Source: Octopus bimaculoides (taxonomy: Eukaryota). From it: a stretch of 64,000 bases of DNA. Of the stretch, positions 40,736-52,917 are shown one piece after another. The first letter of the stretch is position 1, and each line of letters opens with the position of its first letter. A program made the translations under genes and the position numbers. The stretch covers positions 35,996,116 through 36,060,115 of the forward strand of contig NC_068990.1 of the NCBI RefSeq assembly GCF_001194135.2, written 5' to 3'. The notes beneath the pieces are model-generated. The model saw only the letters and a list, made by a program, of their open reading frames with translations. It was not told where the DNA came from and did no database searches.

Positions 40736-42059
40736 TCTAAAATATTATAACCAAAATATTGGTTACTGAGTAACAATAAGCACCTCTCTTTCATAAACAA
40801 TATTATCTAGTACATTACCTAAAAGATCGATTATATGCGTGTGTGTATATATGATATATGCGGCTGTGTGTTTCTGAACAGCATTGAAAGTAGTTATGTG
40901 TGTCTAGAAAGATATGACACCAATCTCTTCCTTCGACAACGCAACTGGATGAAATCAAAGGACAGGGGAAAATTGTAGATTTTGAAACAACCTGAAGCTT
41001 TCTTAACCGGAGATGAGAAATATTGGCCAACTACCTCCATTAGTGAGGCTTCCTACTTTTCAAATCTTTCACGATCCCTAAATCTCTTGACGGAAGGCAA
41101 ATATATCTGGGATGTCCAACTGTTGGTTTCCCATAAATATAATCTGCACTGATAAAGTGGTTTTTCTCCGACTGTACATAAAAATACATTCGTACAGAAA
41201 CATATACACACATACGCATAGAAATATAAATTCACATACATGCTTCTATCTATTTGCGTGTTTCTGAATATGTGTGTACTCATTTTTACAGTCCACTAAA
41301 ATATATACATAAAGGAGATGTGGTGTTAAAAAGGTAAAAGAAGAAATATTATCGTTTGCTAAAACTTTTGAGCGGTGATTGTTGTGCTTTTTTCAGCTTC
41401 CTGAAATATTCTACGACACAAACAGAAAGAATGAAGCTAGAAACCCACAATGGATAGGCATAATTTTTAATCTAAAGCAGGCTCTATTTTCTAACAAATG
41501 ATACTTTGATAAGACATCAACATCAAACATTCTGCGAAATCATATCAATTTCTCTTCTTTCTTCTCTCAAGACAAAGCAGAAAACCAAAAATCCTAAGGA
41601 TAAAAAGAATTTAATATGTTGGCAAAGAAAAGTGTCTGTTTCATGATGAAGCGTACATGTCACAAAGATAGAGAGCAAAAGCAAAGAAAAAAACAAAAGA
41701 ATTTTTTCTCATTTCGCAAAAAGCACATACTACCACTAAGACTCAAAATAAAATAAAACAACATTTTGTTATATTCCTTTCAGAATGATAAAATGAACGA
41801 ATCCTTATCTGAGTCATGCGCAACTTTTGTCTTGCAATTTATATATGTCACGTGCAATACTGTATTCGATTTTGACACTGGAAGCCATGTTTTTATAGAG
41901 GACTTTTTGACGATTTATTACCGATATTTTCCGGTCGATTCTCAGTCGTTATTAAATATATAATCGAAGTAGGATATAAATCATACATCACCAACCACAG
42001 TAGAAACAGCTTTATTGCTGCAGCAGCTGCTCTAATAGGCTTTTTCCACTCACTCTTTC

Positions 42060-42360
42060 TGCTACAAACTGCGGCACATTAGATATTCAGCTAGAAACTG
42101 CGGCAGACCATACATTATTTCAGAACGCAGTACACATTATGGTGCAAATAGCGGTATACTAAATATTATTACCAAAGAACGACACCACGCATTTCACGGC
42201 AAACAGCTTCCCACCACACTGTCAATTAGCACACCACATATTCAGTTAGAAAGTGTGAAACACCACACAATATGCGAGAGTGTGGTACCCATTGCGATAA
42301 CATGACGAACAGCAACAAATCATACAATCAACCGCAAAATGCGGTACACTTCTAGATCAA
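42060..42360. repeat. Degenerate ~25-30 bp minisatellite
   Basis: Recurrent units such as aaactgcggcacattagatattcagctag, aaactgcggcagacc..., aaatagcggtatac..., aaaatgcggtacac. Confidence 0.5.
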
Positions 42361-43549
42361 GCAGAAACAGAGGAAGATAAAATATTTATGGGGAAATAAC
42401 GGGATTCACACTTTCAATCACAACGTGCATTACACCACAGATCCGGTAACAAATTACAGCTCACTACATACACCATTTTTGAACAATATAGATATTAAAC
42501 CATGAAGATTATCGAATTCTTTATTTGAACATTGATAATCCTTGTCCTTTTTCTTTTCATTTTTAGATTGTTCTCACATTTTAGCTCTCGAGTTTGTTAG
42601 TAGAGAAGATATAATGCTTTTCGCAATAGTATTAGCATGTATAGAGCTTACTTCGCATAACGCCATTCAATGTAAACTACTTATCTGTTATTTTCCATTA
42701 ATACACTAGACTAAAATAGCTTTACTTGTCTTGTCGCAGACATAACATTGCTGTATGTTTAAGAAGACATCTTCGTAATTATATGGTTTGTGGTTCAATG
42801 CAATTGCGCAGCACCTTGAACAATTATTTTTTTACACTATTTTCAGGACGCTCATAGTATTGTTAGAGAAATATTCAACGAAAGAACTAAGAAAGTCTGT
42901 CGGGGAGACCGTTCGTTTATTCGGTTCATACATTTAATCTATCGTCCACTTTAATGCATCTACCAGGTTCTTCGGTGCTTTTAGTTGTGTCCAGTATCTG
43001 TCAAGAATTTATCCCAGGTTTCCAGTTTGAACCGAACAAACTTACTTTAAATCATGTCTCGAAGTTACTGGAAAGATTAGAGGGTGCTGCACTTCTCAGT
43101 AACTTAAAGCAATTGTTTGCAGAGAAAAAAAAACAAGCAGCATATTAAACATAGTCAAAATAGTAACAATTAAAAAACTAACTTTGTAAAAATACCCAAG
43201 AACATCTGCTGCTGCTGCTGCTGGTGAACCTAATAGTAAAATGGGCGTTTTAATTGATTAAAATTGCATTTTCATTGATGAGAACAGTCCTTCTCTAAAT
43301 GAATTAATTTGATAGCATTTTGATAAATGAAGGTAACGTTTCACTTTATCAGAAAATCTTACAGATATTGTCGTCTTCGATTGCTATTAATGTAGAAAAT
43401 TGGTCCATAACATTTTAACTACATAACAACATGCAAATATCAATATATTTCATTGACTGTCACATACGTCGCGCGATTCTTCGGCATGTGGAGAGCTTGA
43501 AGAATTATATAATTATATTATAATATTTATACGGAATTGAATTTCCTCT

Positions 43550-43770
43550 GGAAAATATAGCAACTGATAATTGTGATAGACGAAATTCATAATTCGATGG
43601 AACGGGAGTAGTGTAGGTGTGCTAGGGTGGTGACATATTAGTAAGTTGAGTCTGGTGGCTTGCATGGTGTCATTAAGTGTGGCAGATGATTGCATTGCTG
43701 TTGTGGTCTGTGTGAAACGATAAGTAGTGATGTACCGAGATGGTTGGGTAAATAAGTGTTTCAATGAAGA
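43550..43770 (+). mobile_element. Possible RTE APE endonuclease remnant
   Basis: IRWNGSSVGVLG...GWVNK resembles VRW.G.SAR...KWVDKV. Confidence 0.3.
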
Positions 43771-44544
43771 AGAGAAAATAGAAGTAAACTAAGGAGACCA
43801 AGTGATAAGCATTCAATTGAATGAATTCGAATAAATATCAGTATTGTGACGTTGAAAGTGGTCAGACTTTAATTGATTAAGTGTATGGGTAAACATGATT
43901 AAGTTTATGAATAAGTACATGAATAAATATAAATATAAATGAGTAATTTCTAAATAACAGTTACAGTTGTAGGATGTCCTGTTAATGGATTTATCTATTC
44001 GCTTGTTAGTAAATAAGGACAATTGCGTGGATATTGGTGTGCATTTGTATGTGTGTGGCGGTGGGTAGATGATGGTGATGGCAGCAGTGGTGGTGCCGGC
44101 GGCGACAGTGGTTATGGTGGTGATGGTAATAGTGGTAGTGGTGCGTGTGTGTGCATGTGTGCGTGTATGTGTGTCTGCGCGCGAGTATGTGTGTACGTGT
44201 TATTGTTCTGCTGAAAAAAGGTTGACGGTTAATTGTACTAGCGTAAGTGATTGGGGAATGTTTTAGAATGACTGTAAATGTGTTGAAACGCATAGGTTTC
44301 ATATATAAGATAAATAGACGAGCCACATGCATATAATCCTATTTACTCACCAACACACAAAAGCGTACGTGTTTGTATGCATGAGTTTCATATATACATA
44401 CTTACACACATGCATACATGCACACATACATACATACACACATACACACATACATACATATGTATTTGTTTATCTCACGGCGTGCGTGGGTTGCTTTTCA
44501 CCTTTATATACATACACACACACACACACATACACACAGATCGA

Positions 44545-44969
44545 TTCTTTTCTACTCTAGGCACAAGGTTCGAAAATGTTGGGGGTGGGGGAGGCAGTCG
44601 ATTACATCGACCCCAGTACGCAACTGGCACTTAATTTGTCGACCTCGAGAGGATGAAAGGCAAAGTCGACTTCGGCGGAATTTGAACTCAGAATGTAAAG
44701 ACAGACGAAATACCGCTAAGCATTTCGCTAACGTTTCTTATTTCTTTATTGCCCACAAGGGCTAAACATACAGGGGAAAAACAAGGACAGACAAATGGTT
44801 TAAATCGATTACATCGACCCCAGTGCGTAACTGGTACTTAATTTATCGACTCCGAAAGGATGAAAGACAAAGTCGACCTCAACGGAATTTGTACTCAGAA
44901 CGTAACGGCAGACGAAATACCGCTAAACATTTCGTCCGGCGTACTAAGGTTTCTACCGGCTCGCCGACT
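44545..44969 (-). mobile_element. Two tandem SINE family B copies with different 3' tails
   Basis: 44545-44735 has the ctactctaggcacaagg tail. 44740-44969 has the tttctttattgcccacaaggg tail with the same core and head. Confidence 0.9.
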
Positions 44970-45050
44970 TTACACACACATAGACTGATATATATGTATG
45001 TGTGTGTGTGTATGTGTATGTGTCTGAATACTTACATGCATGCATACGCG

Positions 45051-45263
45051 TACTCTTTTACGCGTTTTAGTCATTTGACTGCGGCCATGCTGGAGCCATG
45101 CCACTAGTCGCGAAATCGACTCCACGACTTTGTAAGCCTAGTACTTATTCCATTGGTTTATTTTGCCGAACCGCTAAGTTTCAGTGACATAAACACACCA
45201 ACATCAGTTGTCAAGTGATGGTGGGTGGGGACACTCACAGACAAAAGACACACACACACGCGA

Positions 45264-45331
<68 letters not shown>

Positions 45332-45484
45332 GACAGACTTTTTTCAGTTTCCGTCTACCAAATCCACTCACAAGGCTTTGGTCGGCTCGAGGCTATAGTA
45401 GAAGACATTTGCACTAGGTGTCACGCAGTGGGACTAAAGCCGGAACCATGTGGTAGGGAAGAAAGCTTCTTAGCAGACAGCCAC
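45051..45484 (-). mobile_element. SINE family A (near full length)
   Basis: Head, core, internal (CA)n(TA)n tract and tail all match the 47601 copy in reverse. Confidence 0.9.
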
Positions 45485-45664
45485 AAATATTTACACACAA
45501 CAGCAGGCATACATAGACAGGCCTGCATGTATGCATATCTAGACACATACACACGTGCTTGCCAACGTATATATCAAGACATACACACACATATATTTAC
45601 GCATGCATATTAATCTTTGTGTGTGTTCTCGTGTATGTGTGAGTTTTTGTATATACTAATTTCA

Positions 45665-45862
45665 AATTTTGGCTCTGGGCCAACAATTTTATGATAGGTG
45701 TAATTCAATTACATCGACCCCAGTGCTCAACTTGTATTAACTTTATCGAACCCAAAATGATGAGGCAAAGTCGACCGCGGCGGAATTTGAACGCAGCACG
45801 TAAAGACAAACGAAATACCTGTAAGCATTTTACTTGGCGAGCTTACAATTCTACCAGCTCCC
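45665..45862 (-). mobile_element. SINE family B (degenerate)
   Basis: attacatcgaccccagtgctcaac...ggcaaagtcgaccgcggcggaatttgaac...taccagctccc. Confidence 0.8.
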
Positions 45863-46299
45863 TGCTTTTGTTTCTGTAACTCTTCATATGTCTATGAAAG
45901 CACGTGACTACACATGTTCCTATACAAATATAACTATATATGTAGCTAAACTTACACGAACACATATATATATGGCTTTGTGGCTAAGAATTTCACTAAA
46001 CCACTTGGTTTCGGGTTCATAATCATTGCCCGTTATATTGGCAAATACATCTTTTTTACTATAGTACGGTCTGCTCTGACTAATACGTCGTCAGCAGAAT
46101 TTTGTAGTCGCAAACTATTCATAAGCCTGTCGCATACGTGTGTGTGTGTTTGTGTATGATATTTATGTACGTTTTTATGTTTTCACACAGCACGGCTAGT
46201 TGTTACATTATGTATTGTGTCAATGTGTTAAATTACCCAATCAGTAAGACGGATCAATAAAATAAACTATTCTGATCACTATAATTGGCTGAAAACTTG

Positions 46300-46960
46300 G
46301 CTTCTCCTGCTATCCAGGTAACAGCTGGATATTTTAACCTGAATTATCAATCTAATGTTCTTTCCTCCTAGCATTCAATTCAGGCAATAACTCATCGATT
46401 GTCTCTTGATGTTACGTGTTCAGAGGCTTTCTATGTCCAGGGTTATGAAGACTTGTATATTCCCCATTCCAACGCATCGCGAAAAGCATCACTGATCACC
46501 TGCTCAATACATTGCATCATGAAAATGACCACAAATTAGCGGTCGACATCACAACGGATATCCTTTAATGTGGTCTTCATATTCCTCCATGTTTTTTTTT
46601 CCATTCCAAATATTGTGGAACTTACTATGGGTAGGAATTTCTTGTACAAGCTGGGCTTGTACGAGACAACTTTCATAATGAGTTATCAGCTTTGAATGTA
46701 ACATATGCTTTCTTCCTCCATACTACAAGGAGTTATATACCACATATCTGCGAGGTATGCCTCAACGTTCTTCTTGGAGTGCATAAAGAAACAAACTCGA
46801 AAGCTTGACACTTTTCCCTCGCACCTCTTCAGTTAGATTCCCGTTTTCGTCACATGACGATTCCATGCATCCGCCCTCAGCAAGAAATGAATCTCGTCAA
46901 GATTGCTATATTTGAAAAGGAAGTTGTGAATAACGGGGACCTAACATGTTCTTTGAGAAA
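46300..46960 (-). mobile_element. Penelope-like RT remnant, copy 2
   Basis: KFHN...EEYEDHIKGYPL*CRPLICG and VFITLDIESL*TRNI...MSYCLN resemble KIHK...EY...LK.RPI..G and L.TFDV.SLYTNI...AISYWL. Confidence 0.45.
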
Positions 46961-47600
46961 GAACGAGTGTACGTGTGAAGGTTAGAGTTACTATTGTTGT
47001 TTTTCCGTCAACTGTCTTCTCTTTAATGTTAATTTATTTGCTGAAATATTTCTGGGTTTTATTTTTCTGTTTAAATTTTCTACAATTGCATGAGCCCTAT
47101 TTTCAATATCATGTTATTGGCTTCGTATTTTACTGCTTAGTAGATGTTTTGTAATGATCATAAGTATTGTGTCAAATGGAGGTGGATCCCGGGTAATACG
47201 ACACCATTATTGATTTCAAATTTTCGTGTAAAAAAAAAGAATTATTTGGAAAAGACGCCATTTATTATCACATTCTAGCGCGTTGTATATTTCCGTGTAG
47301 TTCAATAAAACTCTCTGTACAAAATAAAATCTAAAATAAAAATTATTTCTTTCACTTATATTTGAAATAATCTAGAATTATCAAAGTAAATTTAGTCAAA
47401 AACAACAACAGTAACAACAACAACAACAACAACAACAATAATAATAATAATAACCTTTCCTTCTTAATTAGAAGTGATCGGAGAGAAACAAAAAATATAA
47501 CGTGGAGTTAAAAAACACACTTTTTCGTGAAGACGGGTAAAAAAATGATATTGTTTTTATGTTATTGTTTATATTCTAATATTAATAATTTTAAACTACA

Positions 47601-48004
47601 TAGGCGCAGGAGTGGCTCTGCGGTAAGTAGCTTGCTTACCAACCACATGGTTCCGGGTTCAGTCCCACTGCGTGGCATCTTGGGCAAGTGTCTTCTACTA
47701 TAGTCTCGGGCCGACCAAAGCCTTGTGAGTGGATTTAGTAGACGGAAACTGAAAGGAGCCCATCGTATATTTGTGTGTGTGTGTGTGTGTGTGTTTGTGT
47801 GTCGGTGTTTGTCCACCTAGCATTATTTGACAGCCGATGCTGGTGTGTTTATATTCCCGTCACTTAGCGACTCGGCATAAGAGACCGATATAATAAGTAC
47901 TAGGCTTACAAAGAATAAGTCCCGGGGTCGATTTTCTCGACTAAAGTTGGTGCTCCAGCATGACCGCAGTCAAATGACTGAAACAAGTAAAAGAGTAAAG
48001 AGTA
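47601..48004 (+). mobile_element. tRNA-derived SINE, family A (full-length reference copy)
   Basis: Head taggcgcaggagtggctctgcggtaag (A box) ... ggttcagtccc (B box), then cttgggcaagtg, the core, an internal (TG)n tract, and tail gtaaaagagtaaagagta. Confidence 0.92.
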
Positions 48005-48705
48005 TACATGAACGCACCCACAGACATATATGTATATGCACAAACACGTGTATGAGTATGTGTATGTGTGTGTGCACATGTTTCATAGTATACAGAATAG
48101 TATATTGTTAATGATACTAAGTTTAGTTAGAAGAAATGAAGAAATTGCTTCTCAGTTTTGGTATAAAAGGGAAAGAAAGTTTCCAGGTTTTCCATGGAAT
48201 GAATGAAATAATGTGAAATATTTGTGTTATTGCATTTAAGAATTTTCGGTCAAGCGAATGAGAATAGTTTGCTTGTACTGTAGGAGGAAATTCAATTTCT
48301 TTTATATACAGAAAAGTAGGGTCATATGACGGCTGTGAGTGTGTGGTGTGAACTGAATAGCGTGAAACAATTACGTGATGTTCTAGGGCGAACAATGCTA
48401 ACGGTGTCGAGGGACGTGCTGATCTTGTTTTCAGTATATTGTGTTCTCTCACATGTCCATGAGAAGATCATGTAATCAGAGATGACTGGCGCCGCGGGTA
48501 AGTTAATCTGGTCAAATGAACAAACAAATTTATACAGGCTTATTCATATAAAGTTAAACAGAGAGAGAGTGAGAGAGAGATAGAGAGAGATACACACACA
48601 CACACACACATATATGTATCTATCTATCAATTTCTTACTCTCTATCCACATACACATATATATATATGTATGTATATATGTGCCTATATATATATAAATA
48701 AATAA

Positions 48706-48765
<60 letters not shown>

Positions 48766-48889
48766 GTACCTACGCACACACCACACATATTCCTACACAT
48801 ACAAATACACATAAGAAAAAAACTTCTCAATCGTTTTCTGAAGTTTTCAAATGAATGCAAATTATAATTACTCTTATTTGAATATGTCT

Positions 48890-49080
48890 GAATCACTTGG
48901 TTACTGGAGATAAAGTGGGACAATTGTGGCGCTGACAACGTATATTGAGTAGAAACAGATGCTCATGAATGTCCTCCTATGTCCGGACAATGAACCTTTG
49001 GTTTTCCTTAGTAACGTGTCATATCTGGAGTGTTATTGATTCTTGAGATTATCTCCCTTTCTCATACGGATCTGGTCTCA
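48890..49080 (+). mobile_element. Mariner catalytic-domain fragment
   Basis: LNHLVTGDK resembles L..IVTGDE; IWSVIDS*DYLP resembles W...GVI..DYL. Confidence 0.35.
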
Positions 49081-49221
49081 TTTGGTGTTTGACAATTGTG
49101 AAATTACCTCCAGGAGCAGGAATCATATTAAATAATCATAAATGTGTGTGTGTGTGTGTGTGTGTTTGTGTGGGTGGTGTGCCTGCAGGAATTATTCGAT
49201 TATCCACTGCACATACATATG

Positions 49222-49545
49222 CATAAATAGGAGCAACCGGGGCCAGCTTGAAGAACTACTATAGAAACCATATTGCACCATTTCCCAACAGTTGCAAGAG
49301 ACAACGCACGTCACACACAGACCTTATATGAGACCTGAAAAGGAAATAAATAAAAAACACACCACTTGGTGGTTTTACGGAATACAAAACCGTATCATGC
49401 ACATTCTAAAGTATGTAACCTCTGCCTGGATGTGACACTCGAGATTACATTATGTAAGGATAAAATAATTAACAAATACTTCGAAACTATCCCCAAGTGC
49501 AATCATATAATGAAAACTTCATTTCTAGAATTTAGAAAACATGCA
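49222..49545 (+). mobile_element. Penelope-type GIY-YIG endonuclease C-terminal remnant
   Basis: *IGATGASLKNYYRNH...F / KPYHAHSKVCNLCLDVTLEI...INKYFETIPKCNH matches YIG.T...FK.R..NH...PY....K.C.LCL.EK..I...LNKR.E...KC.H. Confidence 0.75.
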
Positions 49546-50198
49546 GCTAATGTTCAAAGTAATATTGATATTTTTATTGTCTCAAAAATGTACTTTAAAA
49601 TGAATTGACCACTTTTAGTAACAAGTTAGTATTGTTGTTTACAAGTAATGTAATGATTTTAATAATTTGAAAGTCCCGATTATAATCCTATAATGATTAT
49701 AATAATGTGAACGTGCCAGTAATACTGTTGTTGTTGTTATTGACTAAATTTACGTTGATAATTCTAGATTATTTCAAATATAAGTGAAAGAAATAATTTT
49801 TATTTTAGATTTTATTTTGTACAGAGAGTTTTATTGAACTACATGGAAGTATACAACGCGCTAGAATGAGATAATAAATGGCGTCTTTTCCAAATAATTA
49901 TTTTTATTGGTATTTATAAATTGTGTCGACTTAAAACCATGAGCTACTCGGTAAAAAAAGGAAGTTAATTATACAAAGTCATATAAAAGAAAGGAAATTG
50001 AACATGATCAAGTACTGCTTTAAAAGTAACGTACCTGATGAAGTAACGACAAACAGCTGCTACTGGATCATATTTATTTTTGCAACTATTCATAAGAAAA
50101 ATTAAGTAAAATCAGCAACTTGAAGCTGTTGCTACTGCACAGAAACAAATGTTGTAATTTGTAATTAAAGTCTGTTTATTCTATCTTCTTGTTGTATA

Positions 50199-50254
<56 letters not shown>

Positions 50255-51250
50255 CACATATATACATATATGTGTGCGTGTGTATGTATATAAGTATATA
50301 CATCTAGTATGTATGTACACACACGCGCAGAGACACTTATATACATACACACACACACACATATATATATATACATGCATACATATATATATATATACAT
50401 TTTTGTGTGTGTGAGTCTGTGTGTGTGTGAGGTGGGGTGTAACTGAATAGAACATATTTTTCATTTGGAATATTTTGATATAACACATAACCATTAATTG
50501 TAGACACAAAATAATATTTCATTTATTCTCCAATGTTGTATGTTATCAAATGAGAAGAAAAATGTTAGCTTGAGCCAATAAAACTTCTGAAACATTATTG
50601 ATTTGTTGCTGTTGTTGTAAAGGTAATATTGTTTCTGTTCTTGTTCTTCTTGGAGGTGGCGGTTGTTGTGAAGTTGTTGGTCATGGTCATAGTAGTAATG
50701 GCGTCTGGGATAACAGTAGTCCTTTTGTACTACGATATTCGATATATTCATCGCCATCGGCGTCGTCGTCGTCATCATTATCATTATCATTTTAATTTTG
50801 CCATTCTATTCCTTGTTTCCGATATATGTCTGTTTCTTTTGTTTGCTTGTTTTTTTAGTTTTTTTTGCTTTATTTTTGTTTCACCTTATTCATCTATACT
50901 TTGAACGAAACGCGACTAAAGGCCTTCTAGTTGCTTCATATATTAAACCTCATAGATTCTTATCCTTTCTCCAAGTGAACCCCTCCACCCTTATACAATT
51001 TCGTGAATCATCGACACACTCCCTAACTAAGCTCAGGTGCCGAAATCTCCTCTTTATGTCCATATAATACCGTCATTTACTTTGTGCTTTATTTCCATTT
51101 ACGCGTTTATATATTCCAAATCTTTTCCAATACATTCTATCGTATCGTTATCTTACCTAACACCCTAACACCAATGGATTCACACGTGCGCACACACACA
51201 CACGTACGTGGACATACGAACATATATACATACATAAATATATATATATA

Positions 51251-51281
<31 letters not shown>

Positions 51282-51559
51282 ACACACAAACACACACATA
51301 GATATATACATACACACAAATACATGCATACATGTATCTATCAATATATATCTATATATATTGATAGATAGATATCTGTATGTATATGAGTGTATGTAAA
51401 TATGTATATATATACACACAACATATGTGTGTATACGACGTGCATTCCAGAAGGTTTGAGAGCTTTGTATGTGAAGCATTCATAATTGTCCTAAGTTATT
51501 GGGATTTTAGAATATCATTACTATATATATAGTATGGTGGCCAATTTTTTTTTTTTTTC

Positions 51560-52760
51560 AGACTGGAGAAGACGGATGTGACACCACATTGAACTCACCC
51601 AAATAAACACCGGAAAACGCTAAAGAAACTTATGAAATATTCCAAACTGCTTATGGATCAACTTGTACGAATCGATCATTTGCTTTTCGCTGGCACAAGA
51701 ATATTAGAGAAAATATGAGATGTTGAGAGGAGTGGCAGGGTCATGGGCCGCAGAACATCAGAGTCGATTGAGAAAATTCGGAATGTTCTTGATGGAAACT
51801 GTCGTGTGCTTATAAAGACAAAACTCATACAGTTTGACGATGACGTGGCTATTGTATGCTGAGAGGTTCAAGGATAGTAGAGAAAAGATGAGAGACGATG
51901 AGTGGAGTGGTATAGTGAGGGGCCCAGAACATCAGCGTGGGTTGAGAAAAAATGGAATTATTTGGGTGGTAACTGTCGAGTGCCTATAAAGACAACAAGC
52001 ATACAGTTTGACGATGATGCGGCAATTTTACCCTAAATTATTGATGAAGATCTGAGCATGTGTAAAATTTGTACAAAGATTGTTCCCAGTCTGGTCAGTG
52101 ACGAAAAGAAGGAAAGGCGCGTTTGTAACAGCAGGGAGATTGTTGAGCTAATTACCTGCAATCCAAGAGTAAATGAGTCTTTGATGACATATGACGAAAG
52201 CTGAACCAACTGTTGTGATCCAGTGACCAAGTGACTGAGTACTCAATGGAAGTATCTTGTCTCCTCCCGGCTTAAGAAAGCCAGGCAAGCATCTTCACTG
52301 GGAAGCTCATTTTATCCTCTTTTTCAACAGCAAGGGTATCATCTAAATTCTCTCGCTTCTTTCTGACCAGATGGTGAACAAAGAGTATTTTGTGGAGCAT
52401 TTGAAGAAATTTTGGAAAAGATTACATCACAAAAGCCGAAGTTCTTCCACTCGGGTCGGTGGTACCAGCACCAGGATAATGCAGCAACAGTCCACAATTC
52501 TATTCTGCTAAACAACTACTTGACAGAGATGGACATCAAGACTATCCGTCATCTTCCCTTAAGTCCAGATCTTGTTTCATGTGACTTTTGGTTATTCTCC
52601 AAGCTGAAAGAAAATTTGGGTACTGTTGAAGACTTTGTGAAGGTGAAGACGGTTGTATCAAAAGGCCTTTGACACCTTCAGTTTCGTGGACGTCCACGGA
52701 GTCTTCATGAAGTGGCCGAAGCGCTACAACAGGCACGTTGAAATGAGAGGATCCTATTTT
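51560..52760 (+). mobile_element. Near full-length mariner (DD34D-type) transposase pseudogene
   Basis: NAKETYEIFQTAYG...RWHK; EDLSMCKICTKIVPSLVSDEKKERRV; TYDES*; HQDNA; SPDLVSCDFWLFSKLKENL. Multiple stops and frameshifts. Confidence 0.92.
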
Positions 52761-52883
52761 GAAAGTGATAAAAGTTTTCTACTTCTTTGAAATTAATAAT
52801 TTAGTCTATACAGTAATTTTTCATAATGTGCATGAATGATAAAAAAGAATCATGTTTTATATATNNNNNNNNNNNNNNNNNNN

Positions 52884-52917
<34 letters not shown>

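Noticed and set aside
40975-41145. Open frame containing FLTGDEKYW (mariner TGDEKW-like)
   Set aside because: A single short motif without surrounding mariner context.
47601-47680. tRNA gene
   Set aside because: It has A/B boxes but no cloverleaf, and it is the head of a multi-copy SINE. The same applies to the other A/B-box heads.
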